From Longimicrobiales bacterium (lineage in GTDB: Bacteria > Gemmatimonadota > Gemmatimonadetes > Longimicrobiales > Gaopeijiaceae), in the NCBI GenBank assembly GCA_965202985.1, contig CBDBCF010000001.1, forward strand, positions 2,112,001 to 2,176,000: a DNA stretch of 64,000 nucleotides. The letters run 5' to 3'. Position 1 is the stretch's first letter. Each line of letters begins with the position of its first letter. This document shows positions 59,226 to 64,000 of this stretch, piece after piece. The position numbers were made by a program, and so were the translations under genes. The notes under the pieces were generated by a model. That model did no database searches and was not told where the DNA came from. It was given only the letters and a program-made list of their open reading frames with translations.

Positions 59226-61475
59226 TTATTTGCTGCGCCAGAATCCATCGACTAGGTAGTGTGTAGGCCCAGCCTCGTGCCGGGCAAGAAGTTGGCGGGC
59301 TAGCTCGAGTCCCGCGGCCTTGTCGACGTCGCGGCTGATGTCATACGCCTTGGCCGGGACGATGCAGTTAGGACACCCCTTCCGGCAACTACAATTTTCT
59401 GCAACCCTGATGCCTTCCCGCAACACTTTGTCCCAAACGCTGAAGAACCTATTGGCGATTCCGATCCCGCCACTGTGGCGCTCATAGCAATACGCCGCCT
59501 GAGCCGTGGAGTAGGTGCTTACATCGAATCGATCTATTGGCAGGACGAACAGCGAGCCTATGCGCATCATGTGTTCTACTCCCCCAGCTGCCGCCGTCCA
59601 GCCCTTGGGAGCCGGCGATTCCAGCCAGAACGCGTGTATCTTACTGCTGGACATGGCTGCCTTGGTCGGGTCGTAATGAATTCGCTCGTCCGTCTGCGTA
59701 TTGACGAGGTGGTAGCCTTCGAACCGATGCGTAATGGACACGGCACCGTAGTATGCCGCCACGGTCTCGTCGTATCTGATTCCTTGGAAGGGATGTTCAT
59801 ATGGATGGAGCGTCGTAAAGAACACCGGCTCCGTTCGGCGATTCAGTTCCGCCTTCCCAAGTACGATCTCGCCCGCTTGGTGGGCCTTGATCACGTAGTG
59901 CTGACCCCTAAAAGGAAAAATTGCCCCAATGTACGCCTCCCGAAAGCGGCGAAGCTCCGAAATGTCACCTATCTCCGTTCCGCCATCCATGAGTCTGAAC
60001 GAGTTTCCGTACATCCCTCGCAGCGGTAGCCTCAACTGAGGCCGGAAACCCTTGGGCAGACCCACATCGGCTTCCAACGCGGTCTTGTAAAAGGCAGGGC
60101 CAAGCCACTTTTCGTCCGAGGGGCGCACTGCGTCAACTTCCTTGATTAGCGAGGGAACGTGGTTGTCGATCACGTCTTGGTTGCTGGGATCTACCACTAG
60201 CTCGTCGAAAGGCTTGTCCAGAAAGGCCTCTATGTTGGCGACGAAAAAGGAATCGATGGGATCGTTCATGGCGTAGGCTACGACGTAGGCGTCCTTATCC
60301 CACTTTCGTCCTGCCCGTCCGATCTGCTGCCACGCCGACATGATGGTGGCCGGAAAGCCAGCCAGGATGATGGCGTCCAGTCCGCCGATATCGATGCCCA
60401 GCTCGAGGGCGTTCGTCGTAAACACGATGCGAACCCTGCCATTCTTGATCCGTTGTTGAATATCCTGCTTGGTATCGCCCTTGATGTCCGCATGAAACGC
60501 ATCGGCTTCGGTGGGGTCCTCGTCGTATTCTTCTAGCTCATGTCTGCATTGCCTAAGGGCGTGCTCCAGGAACCGCTTGCTAGGGCAGAAGACCAGGACT
60601 TGTTCCCGTCGCTTCCAGAACGTCAGCGCGGCACGCACGATCCGCGACCGCAATATGTCCATGTACTTGAAATCCGGTATCGCGGGCCTGACGAATACGA
60701 AGTGGCGCCTTGGCCGCAGGACCTCCGTTGCCGACACGAGTTCGACGTCGAGTCCGGTCAGGTGCTTCGCGTGCTCAGCCGGGTTCGCGCAGGTGGCTGT
60801 TGACAGAAACACGGTCGGTTGAGTACCAAGGCGGTCTAATAGAGTGAAGAGCCGTCGAAATAACAGCGCCGCATTCGTACCGAAATAGCCGCGGTATTCG
60901 TGCATCTCGTCGATGACTACATAACGCAAGTTGGGCAGGAAGCCGTTGTCGATCCATTGTTCTTTGTAGCCGAGGAACGCCATATTGAGGTAGTCGGGCG
61001 TGGTGAACAAACAGTGACACGGTGTAGAGCGGAGTACACTCTTGATGTAATCCGGCGTGTCCCCGTCGTAGGGAAAGGACTCGACTTCCAGCGGCTTGCC
61101 GAGTTCGCTAAGCTGGTTGTGCTGGTCGAAGGCAAGCGCCTTCATGGGGTAGATCAGCAGGGCGTGCCCGTCCGGGTCGCGGCGCAGCGCATCAAGTATC
61201 GGGATTGTGAAGGCCAGGGTCTTTCCACTGGCCGTTGGGGATTCCAGCACGACATGTCGCCCCTCGAGGGATCGCTGCACAGCGTAGTACTGGTGCCGGT
61301 AGGGGCGCTGGAGCCCGAGGTCGGCAAGTTTGGCTCGAATCTCGGAACGCACCTCAGTCGGCCATTCGGCCATAACGTCGGGCTGGATTGAGTCCAAGCT
61401 GCCAGTCTCGACGGTGTCTCTGTCGCGAAGGGCGTCAAGCTCCGAGAGGTGCCTGATGAGATCGTGAACGGACAT
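59226..61475 (-). CDS. DEAD/DEAH-box helicase with DUF1998 Zn domain (MrfA/YprA/Hrq1-like)
   Basis: PTASGKT, YPMKALA.DQ, DEMH, SAT, TNALELGIDIG, QQIGRAGR, CSCRKGCPNC. Confidence 0.9.
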   Translation of the reverse strand: MSVHDLIRHLSELDALRDRDTVETGSLDSIQPDVMAEWPTEVRSEIRAKLADLGLQRPYRHQYYAVQRSLEGRHVVLESPTASGKTLAFTIPILDALRRDPDGHALLIYPMKALAFDQHNQLSELGKPLEVESFPYDGDTPDYIKSVLRSTPCHCLFTTPDYLNMAFLGYKEQWIDNGFLPNLRYVVIDEMHEYRGYFGTNAALLFRRLFTLLDRLGTQPTVFLSTATCANPAEHAKHLTGLDVELVSATEVLRPRRHFVFVRPAIPDFKYMDILRSRIVRAALTFWKRREQVLVFCPSKRFLEHALRQCRHELEEYDEDPTEADAFHADIKGDTKQDIQQRIKNGRVRIVFTTNALELGIDIGGLDAIILAGFPATIMSAWQQIGRAGRKWDKDAYVVAYAMNDPIDSFFVANIEAFLDKPFDELVVDPSNQDVIDNHVPSLIKEVDAVRPSDEKWLGPAFYKTALEADVGLPKGFRPQLRLPLRGMYGNSFRLMDGGTEIGDISELRRFREAYIGAIFPFRGQHYVIKAHQAGEIVLGKAELNRRTEPVFFTTLHPYEHPFQGIRYDETVAAYYGAVSITHRFEGYHLVNTQTDERIHYDPTKAAMSSSKIHAFWLESPAPKGWTAAAGGVEHMMRIGSLFVLPIDRFDVSTYSTAQAAYCYERHSGGIGIANRFFSVWDKVLREGIRVAENCSCRKGCPNCIVPAKAYDISRDVDKAAGLELARQLLARHEAGPTHYLVDGFWRSK

Positions 61476-61657
61476 GGGAGTCAGGTGGGTTGAAGGGTAC
61501 GATCAATCCTCGCATAGTAGATTGCGGGGAACGCTGTCGCAAATGGCGACTCTCAGGTCAAGCGAGCCGCAAGAGAAAGGTGGGCGGCTTGAAGGCTCAC
61601 AGCATGCCCACATAGTGGGGGGATCGCGACGCCAGGGTCCGACGTAGCGCGAGACCT

Positions 61658-62539
61658 TCACGATCCCGCCTCCACCAAGCCCGCCCCCACCGCCTCCCCC
61701 GCCGCCCGGTACCCCTCGTCCAGGAAGTGCGGGATCGCGCCGAAGTCGAAGGTGCCGTAGCCGTCCAGGTCGGGGGAGACCTGCACGGTAGGGAGCGAGC
61801 GGTGCTGGGCCATCAGGGCGCGGTGGCGGTTGCGGATCATGATGCCCATCGCGCGCTGGTGGATCGCGACCAGGCCCTCGCGCACCAGGCCGGTGCCGGC
61901 CACGCTGCCGAAGCCGAGCACGTCCACGCTCACGACGCCGCTGGCCCCGGCTTCGACGGCCCGCTCCAGGGGCACCACTTGGTCCAGGCCGCCGTCCAGG
62001 TAGAAGGCGCCGTCGTGCTCGAAGGGCGGGTACAGGACGGGAAGCGCGGCGGAGGCGTACACGGCGTCCACGGGGGACACGTCGGTTCGCGCGCCGTGGC
62101 CGAACCACTCGGTGCGTCCGGTCTCCATGTCCACGGCGTTGACCAGCAGGGGCGTCCACAGCTCCTCCCAGCGGCGGGCGGGAAGCGTTTCCTCGATGTA
62201 CGACCGCAGCACGTCGCCGCGGAAGACGCTCACGGCCTTGATGCCGCTGATCCACGCGGCGCGGCGGTTCACGCGGATGATGTCGGACCGGCGCAGGCGG
62301 CGAGCCACCCGGTACATCTCGCCCGCGTCCATGCCCGCGGCGATGCAGGCGGCCACCATTGCCCCGATCGAGCAGCCGATCACGCCGGCGAACGTCGTGC
62401 CGGTCTCCTGCAACCGTCGCCAAGCGCCCACGTGCGCCAAGCCCTTGATCCCGCCGCCGCCCAGCACCAGCCACGGCCGCGGCCCCAGCGACGCCAGCGG
62501 GGCATCGGGCGCGCTCCTCGGCAAGTCTTTGTCTGCCAT
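61658..62539 (-). CDS. patatin-like phospholipase
   Basis: LGGGGIKG.AH.G, GCSIG, ASAALP, DGG. Confidence 0.9.
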   Translation of the reverse strand: MADKDLPRSAPDAPLASLGPRPWLVLGGGGIKGLAHVGAWRRLQETGTTFAGVIGCSIGAMVAACIAAGMDAGEMYRVARRLRRSDIIRVNRRAAWISGIKAVSVFRGDVLRSYIEETLPARRWEELWTPLLVNAVDMETGRTEWFGHGARTDVSPVDAVYASAALPVLYPPFEHDGAFYLDGGLDQVVPLERAVEAGASGVVSVDVLGFGSVAGTGLVREGLVAIHQRAMGIMIRNRHRALMAQHRSLPTVQVSPDLDGYGTFDFGAIPHFLDEGYRAAGEAVGAGLVEAGS

Positions 62540-62712
62540 TTGACCCCTCCGATCATTCAAGGTAGCTTCAAGGGCTACACGCCGGCTTCGACCGGCCTTC
62601 CGCAGGCGTCTCCGGGAGCTTCCCGCTGGAACCCGTCGGGCGCTTCGCCTCCCACCCGACCACCCGACCGCTCCCGGTCGGATCGCTACCCAGCTTCGGA
62701 GATTTGCCGTAA

Positions 62713-63486
<774 letters not shown>

Positions 63487-63526
63487 GCCGAAACACCCGC
63501 ACACCGCGACACAACAGGAGAAGACT

Positions 63527-64000
63527 ATGCCGCAGAACGAACTCGTACACGACCTGGGGCTGGACGACTACAAGTTCGGGTTCGTCACCGACTCCACGCC
63601 CGTCTTCCGCACGCGGCCCGGGCTGGACGCCGAGATCGTGCGCCAGATATCCGCGCGCAAGGACGAGCCGCAGTGGATGCTGGACCTGCGCTTGAAGGCG
63701 CTCAGGGTGTACGAATCCAAGCCGATGCCGGGCTGGGGCGGGGACCTGTCCGAGCTGCAGGAGACGCTGGACCAGACCTACTTCTACGTGAAGCCGCAAG
63801 AGAAGATGGAGCGGTCCTGGGACGACGTGCCGGACAACATCAAGGAGACCTTCGAGCGGCTGGGCATTCCCGAGGCCGAGCGAAAGATCCTGGCCGGCGT
63901 GGGCGCCCAGTACGACTCGGAGATGGTCTACCACTCGCTCAAGGAGGAGTGGGAGTCCAGGGGCGTCATCTTCGACTCGATCGAGGACGGGCTCAAGAAC
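63527..64000 (+). CDS. sufB: Fe-S cluster assembly protein SufB (3' truncated by window)
   Basis: RBS AGGA; YKFGF, GLDAEIVRQIS..KDEPQWM, SWDDVP..IKETFERLGIPEAE, GVGAQYDSE. Confidence 0.93.
   Translation, partial: MPQNELVHDLGLDDYKFGFVTDSTPVFRTRPGLDAEIVRQISARKDEPQWMLDLRLKALRVYESKPMPGWGGDLSELQETLDQTYFYVKPQEKMERSWDDVPDNIKETFERLGIPEAERKILAGVGAQYDSEMVYHSLKEEWESRGVIFDSIEDGLKN

Noticed and set aside
43582..61475. Intact Druantia system formed by the STY4851-like gene and the DUF1998 helicase
   Set aside because: The genes are ~13 kb apart in separate blocks and the 749-aa helicase is much shorter than DruE

Overview
GC-rich bacterial chromosome segment. Gene content (alternative complex III, 6-bladed beta-propeller and Ig-domain lipoproteins) suggests Gemmatimonadota; this is an inference. 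The housekeeping backbone carries: the end of a branched-chain ABC/CoA-ligase operon; an imuA-imuB-dnaE2 mutagenesis cassette; an FAD oxidoreductase; two divergent NTT/TLC-like MFS transporters; an 11-residue-repeat coiled-coil protein; a large VPS10/BNR propeller-Ig protein; actABCDEF; an ABC-2 exporter; luxE/luxC-like genes; a Rieske plus cytochrome b/diheme-c complex; an ECF sigma/anti-sigma/YbjQ operon; a patatin; and sufC-sufB. Several more AT-rich, defence-like cassettes are interleaved: (i) ParB-ABC-ATPase fusion + DUF3226/TOPRIM-like gene; (ii) IS5 remnant followed by HEPN-like + KGGVGR ParA-like ATPase + Sll1717-like NTPase, the best candidate for an uncharacterised system; (iii) a GreA/B C-terminal domain fused to an STY4851/DruH-like body; (iv) AAA ATPase + S8 protease (ietAS-like); (v) KAP NTPase, hicB/IS scars, a small operon with a putative operator, and a DUF1998 helicase. 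At least five genes carry apparent single-base frameshifts, which may be sequencing errors. No rRNA, tRNA or CRISPR array was recognised. All family assignments are by eye from motifs; no database search was run.
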